Below, one piece after another: positions 35,950 to 46,348 of a DNA stretch of 64,000 nucleotides. The stretch spans positions 245,855 to 309,854 of the forward strand of contig CAWAYJ010000017.1 in NCBI GenBank assembly GCA_963786235.1, read 5' to 3'. This stretch comes from an uncultured Gemmatimonadales bacterium. GTDB taxonomy: Bacteria; Gemmatimonadota; Gemmatimonadetes; Longimicrobiales; RSA9. The translations under genes and the position numbers were made by a program. Each line of letters begins with the position of its first letter. The stretch's first letter is position 1. Under the pieces are notes generated by a model that was not told the DNA's origin, did no database searches, and saw only the letters and a program-made list of their open reading frames with translations.

Positions 35950-38671
35950 TCAGGAGTCGTGCACGGCGACGGCGGGATCGACCCGGGCGGCGCGGAGCGC
36001 GGGTACGAGGCAGGCGGCGAGCGCGACTGTGGCGAGAAGGAGCGCGGACGCGGCGTAGGTGATCGGGTCGGAAGCGCGGACGCCGAAGATCTGGCTGGCG
36101 ATGGCGCGGGTGAGGGCGAGGCTGGCGAGGGCGCCGAAGCTGAGGCCGAGCAGCACGCGAGTCAGGCCCTGACGTACGACGTGGCGAACGACGGTGTCGC
36201 GCTGGGCGCCGAGGGCCATGCGGATGCCGATCTCGCGGGTGCGCAGGCTGACGGAGAAGCTGATGACGCCGTAGAGGCCGACGGCGGCGAGAAGCAGCGC
36301 GGTCGAGGCGAAGATGCCGAGCAGCAACAGCCGGAACCGACGCGAGTCGAGCGAGTGAGCGAGAACGTCGTTCATGCTCATGAGCCCGTACAGCGGCAGC
36401 GTCGGGTCCGCATCCTGGATCGCGCGGCGCACGGCGGGAGCCAGCGCGTACGGGTCGCCGGGGGTGCGCACGACGAAGCTCGAGCGGGACATGGGGGCCT
36501 GCGTGACGGGCATGTACGCCTCGGGCTCGGGCGTCTGATCGAGACCTTCCTTCACGGTGTTGCCGACCACGCCGACAATGGTGGACCACTCGGTGTCGGG
36601 GTCGTCGGGGTCGCCCCAGAAGGTGACGCGTTGTCCGAGTGGATCGCTTCCGGGCCAGTAGCGGCGCGCCATCGCCTCGTTGATCACGACGACACCGGGT
36701 CCGTCCTCGCGATCCGTTTCCTCGATGGCGCGGCCCCGCAACAGGGGAATGCGAAGCGTGCGGAAGTAGTCCGGACTGGCCGACTGGTATCCGGCCAGCA
36801 GGTCGCGCTGCGCTTCGGCCGCGCGTCCGAAGATGCTGAAGTGGAAGGTCCCCCGGATGGCCCAGTGCATGGGCAGCGTCAGGATGGTCGATGCGCTCTC
36901 GACGCCGGGAAGCGCCCGGATCCTCGCCAGCGCGTCGTCGTAGAACGCCGCCTGCGCGGTGGGGTCCGGGTAGTTCGACGCGGGAAGCGAGACGTGAGCG
37001 ACGAGCACGTGGGACGGGTCGAAGCCCGGGTCCGTCCTGTCCAGCACACGCAGCGTGCGCAGCATCAGACCGGCGCCGATGACCAGCAGCAGGGAGAGCG
37101 CGATCTCCGTGATCACCACGAAGTCGCGCAGCCGTTCGGTGCGCGCCTGCGTACGGGCGTCGCGCAGCGTGAGGTTCGCGCCCTTCCCCGAGAGTCCGAC
37201 CATCGGGGCGAGGCCGAAGGCGAACCCGGTCACGAGCGTGATCGCGACGCTGAAACCGAGGATCCGGGGATCGACCGCGACCTCGGACAGCCGCGGGATT
37301 CCCGCGGGTGCGATCGCGACGAGCGCGCGCGTTCCCCAGAGCGCGAGGAGGAAGCCCGGCACACCGCCGAGCACGGCCAGCGCGACGGCTTCCGTCAGGA
37401 GCTGCCTCCGGATGCGCGCCAGGCCCGCACCCAGCGAGATGCGGACGGCGATCTCGCGCCGGCGGCGCGTGGCCCGGATCGTCAGCAGGTTCGCGACGTT
37501 GGCGCACGCGATCAGCAGAACGAGTCCGACGGCGCCGAGGAGCACGAAGAACGTCGGCCGGACATCGCCGACCAGATCCTCCTGCAGGGACACCACCAGC
37601 GGTTCGATGGCATCCGTGGTATCCCGCGCCTCCTCGCCCATGCGGGCGGTGAGCGCGCGCATCTCGGCCTGCGCAGAACCGATGCTCGCGCCGTCCCGCA
37701 GTCGACCGACCACGCGCAGGTACCCCGAGGTCCGGTCGTCGCTCATGTCCTGGTCGTCCAGGGGCGTGAGCGGCACCCGGTACGGAGAGGGGACGTACAG
37801 GCCGGTGCCTTCCGGGAACTCGAGTCCCGGCGGCAGCACGGCGACGATCGTGTGCGGCTTGCCGTTCAGAATCAGAGGCGTGCCGAGGATCCGGCGGTCG
37901 GCGCCATACCTCGCCTTCCACAGCGCATCGGAGAGCGCCACCGTGCCGGCCGCCGTCGCGGGATCGTCGTCCGGAGCGGGGAGTCGTCCGAGCGCCGCGG
38001 TGATGCCCAGAACGCGGAAGAACTCCGGCGTGATGGATACGCCGGAGATCCGCTCGGGAAAGTCGTCGTCACCCGTGACGTTGATGTCCATCGGACGGAA
38101 CGCCGCGATGCCGGCGAACGACCGCGCTTCCCGCGTCCAGTCGAGGTACGTCGCGCCGGCAACGACGTTACGATACTCGCCCGTCGCCGGCCGGGTCATC
38201 CGAGATGTCCACGAGACGGCGCGAATCCGCGTACGGCAACGGCCGCAGGAGAACCGTGTCCACGACGCTGAAGACCGACGTCGCGGCCGCGATGCCGACC
38301 GTCAGCGTGGCCACCGCCAGGAGCGTGAAGCCCGGACTCCGCGCGAAGCTCCGGACCGCGAAGCGGAGATCCCGGAGGAGACCGCCACCCACGCGCTCCG
38401 CGACCGGCAACGACGCCCGCCGGGTCGCGTGCGCGCCCGGATCGGCCACGTCGTTGCCGGGACCCGCGTCGCGCCGTCGGACCCGCTCCCATGCGTAGGC
38501 CGCCGACACCTGAGCCGCCGCACGCCAGTACCAGAGTCGCGTGCGCACCCGCCCGCGAACGAGCCGCTCGCGGTATTCGTCGTCCAGATCCGCCAGCACG
38601 GACTCTCCGCGCCACCCGCGCGGCACCGACAGCTTCAACAGGCGCCTGGCCAGCCGGGGAGGACCGCCCAT
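35950..38671 (-). pseudogene. MacB/FtsX-type (ADOP-family) ABC transporter permease, interrupted by one frameshift near 38210-38220
   Basis: The N-terminal part is in track ORF 38168..38905 (MGGPPRLARRLLKL...LRDLRFAVRSFARSPGFTLLAVATLTVGIAA...). The rest is in 35950..38199. The join aligns with its paralog 42598..45006 (RLVQVWETN...). It could also be a sequencing error. Confidence 0.8.
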
Positions 38672-38673
38672 CG

Positions 38674-39000
38674 TCACGCCTCGTCGCCGAGGATCGACTC
38701 GATGCCGTTCCACGACGCGAGCAGGGACTCGCGGGCTTCCCGCAACGCCGTCAACCCCGCTTCCGTTACCGCGAGGTACCGGCGTGGACGGCCGGCCGCG
38801 CCCGCTTCCGGACGCGACCGCAGGAGCCCCTTCCGCTCCAGCCGGTCCAGCGACACGTACAGCGAGCCCCGGTTCACCGACCGTCCCGTGCTCTCTTCCA
38901 CCCATGCCAGCACGAGCGGCGGATACGCCGCCTCGCCCACCTGCAGAATGGCGGCCAGGACGAGCTGTTCGAAGGTACCGAGGAGTGGCTGAGGCGTCAT
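38674..39000 (-). CDS. PadR-family transcriptional regulator
   Basis: FEQLVLAAILQVGEAAYPPLVLAWVEESTGRSVNRGSLYVSLDRLERKGLL is a canonical PadR wHTH. The stop lies 2 nt before the permease start. Confidence 0.85.
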   Translation of the reverse strand: MTPQPLLGTFEQLVLAAILQVGEAAYPPLVLAWVEESTGRSVNRGSLYVSLDRLERKGLLRSRPEAGAAGRPRRYLAVTEAGLTALREARESLLASWNGIESILGDEA

Positions 39001-39124
39001 GCTTTCATGGTAAGCATGGCCACGGTATGGCGCAAGAGCCGACTCCAGCAATCGTTGAGTAGGCACATTCGTGTCTGGCCGACCGTGCGAATACCGACGG
39101 AATCGACCTACGTCTATCTTCTTC

Positions 39125-39985
39125 GGTTGATGCGGTAAACCCAACGCATTGGGGTTAAGCACCAGCAACCCCGGTGGTCGAGTTCCTCGAGCGGGTCCCG
39201 AATATGGCCACCGTGCCGCAGGGCGCTCTCGCGGTGGCGCGGAACGCAGTACGGCATTCTCTCGACAAATGCTTACCCCCTAAGTAATTTGCAGCATGGA
39301 CCTTCCTGACGACGTGCGCGAGCAGTTCCGACGGCACGGCCGCGTGGGTGGCCTCCGTCGCGCCGAAGGCATGGAGCCTGCGGCTCGGCGAAGCGTGGCC
39401 CGCCGTGCCGCGGTTGCGCGCTGGATCCGGCGACGCTTCGGTGCGGCGAGCTTCGAGGAACTGGGCCTGCCGGGCGGCGAGTCGGTGGACGCCGGTCTCG
39501 CCGACCTCGCTGCCGGACGCGTGAGCGCGGAGAGTCTGGCGGTGTCGATTGCCGCGCCCCGGCTCCGGCGCGAAGGAGTTCCGATCGGTCCGGTTCTGGG
39601 GGATCCGGAGCGCCGACTCTTCGCGCTCCTGCAGGACACCGAGGGAGATCTGGCGCACGCGCGCTACAACGCCTGGCTGCGCCAACTGGTCTCCTTCGCC
39701 GATGCCTGTCACCACATTCGCGTGGGCCGGCGCGCTTGCTGAGACGCGAGCTTACGGGCGAGGCGCTGCGGGAGCTGATGGGCGAGCTGGCGCGCACGGC
39801 ACCGCGCGGGGCGATGTTCCGGGTTTACCTGGTTGGAGGCGGCACGGCTGTTCTGGCCGGCTGGCGCTCTGCCACGATCGACGCCGATCTGTGCGCCGAC
39901 CGCGACGAGGTCTTCCGGGACATCCAGGGAATCAAGGAGCGGCTCCAGCTGAACATCGAATTCGTCCGGCCGGAAGACTTCGTCC
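39125..39985 (+). repeat. Duplicated segment, copy 1 (partner 56522..57373)
   Basis: Similarity runs from ttgatgcggtaaaccca through the 148-aa ORF into the first ~80 codons of the nucleotidyltransferase-like gene. Confidence 0.8.
39296..39742 (+). CDS. Hypothetical protein, putative antitoxin-like partner of 39736..40281
   Basis: 148 aa with an N-terminal RHGRVGGLRRAEGMEPAARRSVARRAAVARW basic motif. It overlaps the downstream gene by 7 nt. Confidence 0.45.
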   Translation: MDLPDDVREQFRRHGRVGGLRRAEGMEPAARRSVARRAAVARWIRRRFGAASFEELGLPGGESVDAGLADLAAGRVSAESLAVSIAAPRLRREGVPIGPVLGDPERRLFALLQDTEGDLAHARYNAWLRQLVSFADACHHIRVGRRAC

Positions 39986-40281
39986 CGGCGCTGGCGGGCA
40001 CCGCGGAGAGGCACCGATTCATCGAACGCGTGGGAAGCGTCGACTTCTATCACTACGATCCGTACGCGCAGGTTCTGTCGAAGGTGGTGCGGGGGTTTCG
40101 CAAGGACCTGGTGGACGCGGAGCGGTTCGTGCGCAGCGGGTGGGTGGATCGACGACGATTCCGGGATCTGGTGGAGGCTGTTCCCGACTCGGCGTACAGT
40201 CGCTACCCGAATCTGAGTCGGGAGTCCGTGCTCGGGGCGGTGGACGCATTCCTCGCCGGCCTGGTCACCGACACGCCCTGA
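39736..40281 (+). CDS. Putative nucleotidyltransferase-fold protein (DUF6036-like)
   Basis: FRVYLVGGGTAVLAGWRSATIDADLCAD resembles the G-x-x-A...R.T.D.D NTase motif. The family name is from memory and uncertain. Confidence 0.5.
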   Translation: MLRRELTGEALRELMGELARTAPRGAMFRVYLVGGGTAVLAGWRSATIDADLCADRDEVFRDIQGIKERLQLNIEFVRPEDFVPALAGTAERHRFIERVGSVDFYHYDPYAQVLSKVVRGFRKDLVDAERFVRSGWVDRRRFRDLVEAVPDSAYSRYPNLSRESVLGAVDAFLAGLVTDTP

Positions 40282-40447
40282 AGGTGTACGGTCGATCATC
40301 ACCGCGACATTGTCCCAGCCGCGGCCGAACACGCGGACGTTCGACGCCGGTATCGCCGGGAACTGCGCGCACCACGAACTCCGCGGCCATCCCGGCCGTG
40401 ACTTCGACTTCCGCGTCCAGGGTCGGCTCACCGGCGTCCGTTCGCCT

Positions 40448-40930
40448 TCATTTTCTCTGCGACAGACTCACGATGCCCTGGCTGTGCGTGAGGTAGCGCA
40501 TCGTGCCGCTCTTCTCGTACACGCGTTGGGTGACGGACGCGTCCGGTGGCGACGGGTCCTGCCGCAGGCTCCAGCCTGCGGCGACACACTGCCGCTCGAT
40601 CGCTTCGAACAGCGCGGCCGGATCGCGCGCGGACCACCAGAGCGCCATGGTGGGCACCTCCGCCGTCCCCAGCATGACCACCTCGTCCGGCACGTACGGG
40701 AAGTCCGCGGGATAGCCGTCCGGCCTGACTTCGGAGCCGAGCATGACGCGAGTCGCGACCGGCCTGTCCGCCTGCTGCACCAGGAACTCCGCCTCGGACA
40801 CCCGCTTCAACCGCATCGGCTCCCCGACCCACTCGACCACGATGTCGTCTTCACCGGAATCGAAGGCCTCTCTCAACCGCCGGGCCAGCGCCTCGGCATC
40901 CTCTCGCAGGATCGGTCTCTCCTGACGCAT
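40448..40930 (-). CDS. Hypothetical cytoplasmic protein
   Basis: 160-aa ORF with ordinary amino-acid composition. No motif recognised. Confidence 0.35.
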   Translation of the reverse strand: MRQERPILREDAEALARRLREAFDSGEDDIVVEWVGEPMRLKRVSEAEFLVQQADRPVATRVMLGSEVRPDGYPADFPYVPDEVVMLGTAEVPTMALWWSARDPAALFEAIERQCVAAGWSLRQDPSPPDASVTQRVYEKSGTMRYLTHSQGIVSLSQRK

Positions 40931-42000
40931 CGCGGACTCCTGGACGGGAGATCGAGGATCGGTGGGCCGTTGAACGATGGGTCGCGGTCAGGGCCGGCTC
41001 CGACCACGTGTGCCGTCCGCGGGCCCGGCAGACGGAGGAACCGCGCGGCGTTGTTGTAGAGGATGTCGCGCTTCTGCGCAGTCGTCAGGAACGGCGCCTC
41101 CTCGATCGTCCGAATGGCGCGCTCGATCGTCTCCGGCCAGACCATCTGATCGGAGCCGAACATCACGCGGCTGCCGAATCCGGCTTCCACCATCGTGCGC
41201 AGGTAGCGGTAGAACTCCTCCCGCGGAAGCGCGTAGACGATCACGCCGACGTCCACGTACACCTGCGGGTAGGTCCACATCATGGCGAGCAGGTCGTCGA
41301 GCATGGGCCAGCCCGCGTGCATGATCCAGACGCGCAGCTTCGGGTGCCGCACCAGCGCCTCCTCCAGCCCGAGCGGGCTGTGGAGCCGCGCCCGGTATGC
41401 CGGAAAGCCGAGGTACGGCGCGCCGGGAGGCCCCGTTCCGATGTGGATCCCGACCGGTATATCCAGCTCTTCGGCGACCGCGAGATACGGGTCGAACGCG
41501 GGATCGTCGGGCGCGATCCCCGCGTACTGGTTCGTCACCTCGGCCAGCGCCACGAAGCGGCCGCTCGCGAGCGCGCGGCGCAGCGAATCCGGCGAGACCG
41601 TGTCCCTCGCGAGATTCAACGCGTACGCGGACAGGATCCGGTCCGGAGCGGCGTCCTTCCACTGCCGAAGAATCCGGAGCGGGCCGCTCGCGACGCCGGT
41701 GACGTTCCTGCGCTCGAAGATCTCGAGCGTCCGCCGCATCAGCTGTTCGTCGGTTTCCGGGGACCAGATCGGGTCCGTGCAGGGCGGCTGCTTGAACGCC
41801 CGCATGATGCGCTCGGGCCACGGCTCCGACGGGTCGCCGCCCACCACGACGGGCGTGCACATTGCGAGCGGCGGCGGCCCCTGGTCGTCCGCCGGGAAGG
41901 CGTGGACATGCACATCGATGATCGGCTGCGGGCGTTCCTGCGCGGACGCGGCGGAGGTCTCGACGGCGAGAAGGAGCAGACCCGGCGAGGCGAGCTTCAT
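40873..42000 (-). CDS. Amidohydrolase-family (TIM-barrel metal-dependent hydrolase) protein, secreted
   Basis: Signal MKLASPGLLLLAVETSAASAQ, the metal-binding motif IIDVHVHAF, and ...MFGSDQMVWP...ILYNNAARFLRL, typical of amidohydrolase_2. A long C-terminal tail overlaps 40448..40930. Confidence 0.75.
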   Translation of the reverse strand: MKLASPGLLLLAVETSAASAQERPQPIIDVHVHAFPADDQGPPPLAMCTPVVVGGDPSEPWPERIMRAFKQPPCTDPIWSPETDEQLMRRTLEIFERRNVTGVASGPLRILRQWKDAAPDRILSAYALNLARDTVSPDSLRRALASGRFVALAEVTNQYAGIAPDDPAFDPYLAVAEELDIPVGIHIGTGPPGAPYLGFPAYRARLHSPLGLEEALVRHPKLRVWIMHAGWPMLDDLLAMMWTYPQVYVDVGVIVYALPREEFYRYLRTMVEAGFGSRVMFGSDQMVWPETIERAIRTIEEAPFLTTAQKRDILYNNAARFLRLPGPRTAHVVGAGPDRDPSFNGPPILDLPSRSPRCVRRDRSCERMPRRWPGG

Positions 42001-42208
42001 GACCCGTTCAATGTGCGGTGCTGCCGCCGCTCGCGCCACGTTCTTCGGGATCGCCGGCATGGGTCAGCAGCTCGTGCAGCCGTTGGATGAAGCGGCCGAC
42101 GGGCGCTCCATGGGTGACCGCGTCCGCCTGCAGTCGGGCAGCGGCCGTGCGCTCGAGGCCGACGAGGTGGAAGTAGAAATGGGGGTTCAGGGCGCGCCGG
42201 CGGGGGGA

Positions 42209-42290
42209 GCGACTTCTGTCACTCCGACCCGTACGCGCAGGTCCTGTCGAAGGTGGTGTGGGGCTTTCGCAAGGACCTGCTGGACGCCAA
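42209..42290 (+). pseudogene. ~80-bp fragment of a third copy of the DUF6036-like nucleotidyltransferase gene
   Basis: gcgacttctgtcactccgacccgtacgcgcaggtcctgtcgaaggtggtgtggggctttcgcaaggacctgctggacgcc matches 40039..40119 with few mismatches. Confidence 0.55.
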
Positions 42291-42597
42291 GTGGTTGGGG
42301 CTGGCCCAATTGGCCCATCACCCTGAGGACGCAGGCCGGGCTCGGCTCACAAGGGGATAGGCTGCCGGGTGCTCGATGCTATCCAACGTGAGATCGACTC
42401 AAGGAGAACTCCGCTCGGCGCAGCGACCCTGTCCTCGAGTGTACGCTCAGGGGATGCCCCGTCCCGGAAGCGGTCGGAGGGTTCCGGCTGCCTGCCCGCC
42501 GGTCCGCGCGTTCCTCCCTCGCAGCGCCTCCGTCCCGCCGCGGCACGCCGGTACGGCACGGTCCTTGTCTGATGGGCGGTACCATCGACTCGCGGAA

Positions 42598-45006
42598 ATG
42601 TACCGGAGGACCGACGTGGAAGGCATGTGGCACGATTTCCGATTCGCGGCCCGGGCGCTGGCCCGGAACCGCGGGATCACGATCATCGCGATCCTGACGC
42701 TGGCGCTGGGCGTCGGCGCGAACACCTCGATCTTCAGCGTGGTGAACGCGGTGCTGCTCCGGCCGTTGCCGTATCCGGACGCGGACCGGCTGGTGCAGGT
42801 CTGGGAAACGAACCGCGAGCAGGGCGGCACCAGCACGATCGCGCCGGCCAACTACCTCGACCTGCGCGCGGACAATCGCACGCTCGCCGAGATCGCCGTC
42901 TTCGGCTACGAGAGCTTCATCCTCGTCGGCGACGGCGAGCCGCAGCGGATCGTGGGCGCCGAAGTCACGCCGGGCTTCTTCCGCGTGATGCGCGAGGACG
43001 CCGCGGTGGGACGGCACTTCGGTTCGGACGACGACGGCGGCCCCGCCTCCCTCGTGCTGTCCGACGGCTTCTGGCACAGCCGGTTCGCCGCGGATCCCGG
43101 CGTGGTCGGCCGCACGCTCGTGCTCTCGGGCCGGCCCTACACCGTGACCGGCGTGATGCCGCCCGGCTTCGCGTTCCCGCGTGTGGACGTGTGGGCGACG
43201 ATGGTCGAAGACCTCGCATCCGTCCACCGCGGCCGCCACTACCTCTACGGCGTCGCACGCCTGGCGGACGGCGCCTCGCTCGCGCAGGCCAACGCGGATG
43301 TCGACGCGATCGCCGAGCGCCTCGAAGCCGACTACCCCGACACGAATCGCGACGTCCGCGTGAAGCTCGTGCCGCTCCGCGACCAGGTCACCGGCGACGC
43401 GCGCACTCCCCTCATCGCACTGCTCGTCGCCGTCGGGTTCGTCCTGCTCATCGCGTGCGTGAACGTGGTCAACCTGCTGCTCACGCGCGCATCCGGCCGG
43501 AAGCGCGAAGTGGCCGTGCGCCGCGCGCTGGGCGCGAGCACCGGCCGGCTCGCACGCCAGTTCCTGACCGAGGGGCTGCTGCTCGCCGCGTGCGGCGGCG
43601 GCGGCGGCCTGCTGCTCGGCGTCTGGGGCGTCGACCTGCTGATGCTGGTCACGGGCTCCCGGCTTCCGCGCGCAGCGGAAGTCCGGATGGACGGCGCGGT
43701 GTTCCTGTTCGCGTTCGCCATTCTCGCGGTGGTCGCGCTCGGCATCGGCGGCGCGCAGGCGTTCGCGCTGGCGCGCTCCGGCGAGGCCGGCGAGCTGCGC
43801 GAGCGCGGCACGACCGGCAGCGCGCGTCGCGCCCGCGTCCGCGCCGGGCTGGCCGTCACGCAGCTCGCCCTCGCGCTGCCGCTCCTCGCGGGCGTGGCGC
43901 TGCTGCTGCGGACGCTGGTCGCGCTCGAGCGCGTGCCGACCGGGTTCAGCCCCGACGACGTGCTGACGATGAACGTGTCACTGCCCGCATCGAAGTATCC
44001 GGATGCCGAGCGGCAGCGCCTGTTCGTGTCGGGCGCGCTCGAAGGCGTGAGCGCGATCCCGGGCGTCGTCGCCGCCGGCATGACGAGCGACCTGCCGTTC
44101 GCCGGCTCGCGCTCGACCAGCACGTTCACGATCGCGGGCCGTCCGGACCCGGAAGGAGCGGGGCCGTCCGCGGATTCGCGGCAGGTGAGCCCCGGCTACT
44201 TCGAGGCGATGGGCATCCCGATCGTCCGCGGGCGCGGAGTCGAGACGCGCGACGATGATCGCGCCGCCCGCGTCGTCGTCATCAACCAGGCCCTCGCCGA
44301 CCGCTGGTTCCCCGGCGAAGAGCCGATCGGCCAGCGGTTGCGGATCGGCGGGCGCGAGGGCACCGCCGAGCACGAGATCGTCGGCATCGTCGAGAACGTC
44401 CACCACGACGACCTGCGCGCCGCGCCCGAGCCGGAGTACTACACGTCCATGCTGCAGCACCCGCTCACGCGCCTGTTTCTCGCCGTCCGCGCGCGGGCCG
44501 ACGCGCCGGCCCTGACCGACGCCGTCCGCCGCGCGATCCGGAACGTCGATCCCGACCAGCCCGCATGGTCCGTCGAGACGATGCAGGCCCGACTCTCTGA
44601 TGCGATCGCGCCCGAGCGCTCGACGCTGCTGCTGCTCGCCATCTTCGCGGCCGTCGCCGTCACGCTGGCGATCGTCGGACTCTACGGCGTGATCGCTTTC
44701 GGCGTCGCCCAGCGCGTCCGCGAGATGGGGATCCGCATGGCGCTCGGCGCCGTCGCCGGCGACATCGCGCGCCTCGTGCTGCGGCAGGCGGCGATCATCG
44801 TGGGTATCGGCGTGGCAGCCGGCCTCGCCGCCACCCTGGCGCTGGGCCGGCTGATGCGCAGCATGCTGTTCGAGGTGGCGCCCACCGACCCGGCCACGCT
44901 GGTCGCGGTCACGAGCGTGATCGCGGTCGTCGCCGTCGCGGCCTGCCTCAGGCCGGCGTGGCGCGCGACGCGCGTGGATCCGGCGAGCACGATGCGCGTC
45001 GAGTAG
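42598..45006 (+). CDS. MacB/FtsX-type (ADOP-family) ABC transporter permease
   Basis: FRFAARALARNRGITIIAILTLALGVGANTSIFSVVNAVLLRPLPYPDADRLV, followed by two FtsX-like 4-TM halves. An alternative start is at 42625. Confidence 0.85.
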   Translation: MYRRTDVEGMWHDFRFAARALARNRGITIIAILTLALGVGANTSIFSVVNAVLLRPLPYPDADRLVQVWETNREQGGTSTIAPANYLDLRADNRTLAEIAVFGYESFILVGDGEPQRIVGAEVTPGFFRVMREDAAVGRHFGSDDDGGPASLVLSDGFWHSRFAADPGVVGRTLVLSGRPYTVTGVMPPGFAFPRVDVWATMVEDLASVHRGRHYLYGVARLADGASLAQANADVDAIAERLEADYPDTNRDVRVKLVPLRDQVTGDARTPLIALLVAVGFVLLIACVNVVNLLLTRASGRKREVAVRRALGASTGRLARQFLTEGLLLAACGGGGGLLLGVWGVDLLMLVTGSRLPRAAEVRMDGAVFLFAFAILAVVALGIGGAQAFALARSGEAGELRERGTTGSARRARVRAGLAVTQLALALPLLAGVALLLRTLVALERVPTGFSPDDVLTMNVSLPASKYPDAERQRLFVSGALEGVSAIPGVVAAGMTSDLPFAGSRSTSTFTIAGRPDPEGAGPSADSRQVSPGYFEAMGIPIVRGRGVETRDDDRAARVVVINQALADRWFPGEEPIGQRLRIGGREGTAEHEIVGIVENVHHDDLRAAPEPEYYTSMLQHPLTRLFLAVRARADAPALTDAVRRAIRNVDPDQPAWSVETMQARLSDAIAPERSTLLLLAIFAAVAVTLAIVGLYGVIAFGVAQRVREMGIRMALGAVAGDIARLVLRQAAIIVGIGVAAGLAATLALGRLMRSMLFEVAPTDPATLVAVTSVIAVVAVAACLRPAWRATRVDPASTMRVE

Positions 45007-45212
45007 GCCGGCCCAGCGCCAGCCGGCGCGACTCCCCGACGTCGTCGGTCAACGCCTTCGCGGCCGCTGCCGCGGGTGGCCGCACGTCGACAGCGCGGTT
45101 CCAGCTGCACGTGTCCGAGCGTTCGTGACCGGCTCGTGACGTCTTCGTTGCATTGCCTTGCGAAGATGATACTGAATCGGCGCGAGACCACACACGAACG
45201 GGAAACGGAACC

Positions 45213-46325
45213 ATGATGCTCGACGCGCGGAAATGGGGCGGCCTGGTGGCCGCAGTGCTGCTGGCGGCATGCGGCGGATCGGGCGATGGTGGCGCGACGC
45301 CGGCGCAGATGAGCTCCGGCGGCGGCGGTTCGGCCACGACGCTCACGGGTGCAGGCTCGAGCTTCGACTTCCCGATCTTCTCCCGCTGGTTCGCGGCCTA
45401 CGGCAACGATCACGCGCTCCAGGTGAACTACCAGCCCATCGGATCGGGCGGCGGGATCCGCCAGTTCACGGAGGGGACGGTGGACTTCGGCGCCACGGAC
45501 GCCCCGCTCAACGACGAGGAGCAGGCGAAGATCCCCGATGCGGCAAACCTCCCGGTGATCCTGGGCGCGGTGGCGGTGACGTACAACCTGCCGTCGGTCC
45601 AGCAGCCCCTGAAGCTGAGCGGTCCCGTGCTGGCCGACATGTTCCTGGGGAACATCACGCGCTGGAACGCGCCGGCGATCCAGAAGCTCAACCCGGGCGT
45701 GGACCTCCCCGGCTCCGATGTCCTCGTCGTCCACCGTTCGGATGGCAGCGGCACGACCTACATCTTCAGCGACTACCTCGCCACCGTCGGGCCGGCCTGG
45801 AAGAACGGCCCGGGGGTGGGCAAGTCCCTCTCCTGGCCGACGGGGCTCGGCGCGAAGGGGAACGAGGGCGTGTCCGGGCAGGTCAAGCAGACGGAGGGCG
45901 CGATCGGCTACGTCGAGCTGGCGTACGCGATGCAGAACGATCTCGCGGTCGCGCAGCTGCAGAACAGCGCCGGGACGTTCGTGGCGCCGTCGGTCGAGAG
46001 CACGGCGGCCGCCGCGGCGTCGATCGGCTCGCGGCTCGACGAGCACCCGGACTTCAAGCTGTCGATCGTGGATGCGCCCGGCGCCGACGCGTACCCGATC
46101 GCGGCGTGGTCGTACGTCCTCGTGCACCAGCATCTCGATGACTGCCAGAAGGCGAGAGCGCTGGTGGACGTGTTCACGTGGTCGCTCCAGAACGGGGACG
46201 CGGCCGCGCGCGAGCTCCACTACGCGCCGCTCCCGGACAACGTCAAGAGCCGCGTGCTCGACAAGCTCCGCGCCGTGACCTGCGGCGCGGACAACCAGCT
46301 CGCGAGCACCGCGGCCAGCGGCTGA
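45213..46325 (+). CDS. pstS: Phosphate ABC transporter substrate-binding lipoprotein PstS
   Basis: Lipobox LLAAC, then TLTGAGSSFDFPIFSRWFAAY...YQPIGSGGGIRQF..GTVDFGATDAP. Confidence 0.9.
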   Translation: MMLDARKWGGLVAAVLLAACGGSGDGGATPAQMSSGGGGSATTLTGAGSSFDFPIFSRWFAAYGNDHALQVNYQPIGSGGGIRQFTEGTVDFGATDAPLNDEEQAKIPDAANLPVILGAVAVTYNLPSVQQPLKLSGPVLADMFLGNITRWNAPAIQKLNPGVDLPGSDVLVVHRSDGSGTTYIFSDYLATVGPAWKNGPGVGKSLSWPTGLGAKGNEGVSGQVKQTEGAIGYVELAYAMQNDLAVAQLQNSAGTFVAPSVESTAAAAASIGSRLDEHPDFKLSIVDAPGADAYPIAAWSYVLVHQHLDDCQKARALVDVFTWSLQNGDAAARELHYAPLPDNVKSRVLDKLRAVTCGADNQLASTAASG

Positions 46326-46348
46326 TCTTCCGGACCGGGAGCGGGGCA

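Noticed and set aside
35782-38992. Large plus-strand ORFs (35782..38271, 37055..38992) and the alternative minus frame 35825..37921, all overlapping the ADOP permease
   Set aside because: They are low-complexity Arg/Pro-rich translations. Only the frames containing FtsX/MacB-type TM segments match the intact paralog at 42598..45006.
40977-42391. Plus-strand ORFs (41008..42090, 41282..42391) opposite the amidohydrolase
   Set aside because: These are shadow ORFs. The minus strand has the HxH metal motif, a signal peptide and the amidohydrolase C-terminal motifs.
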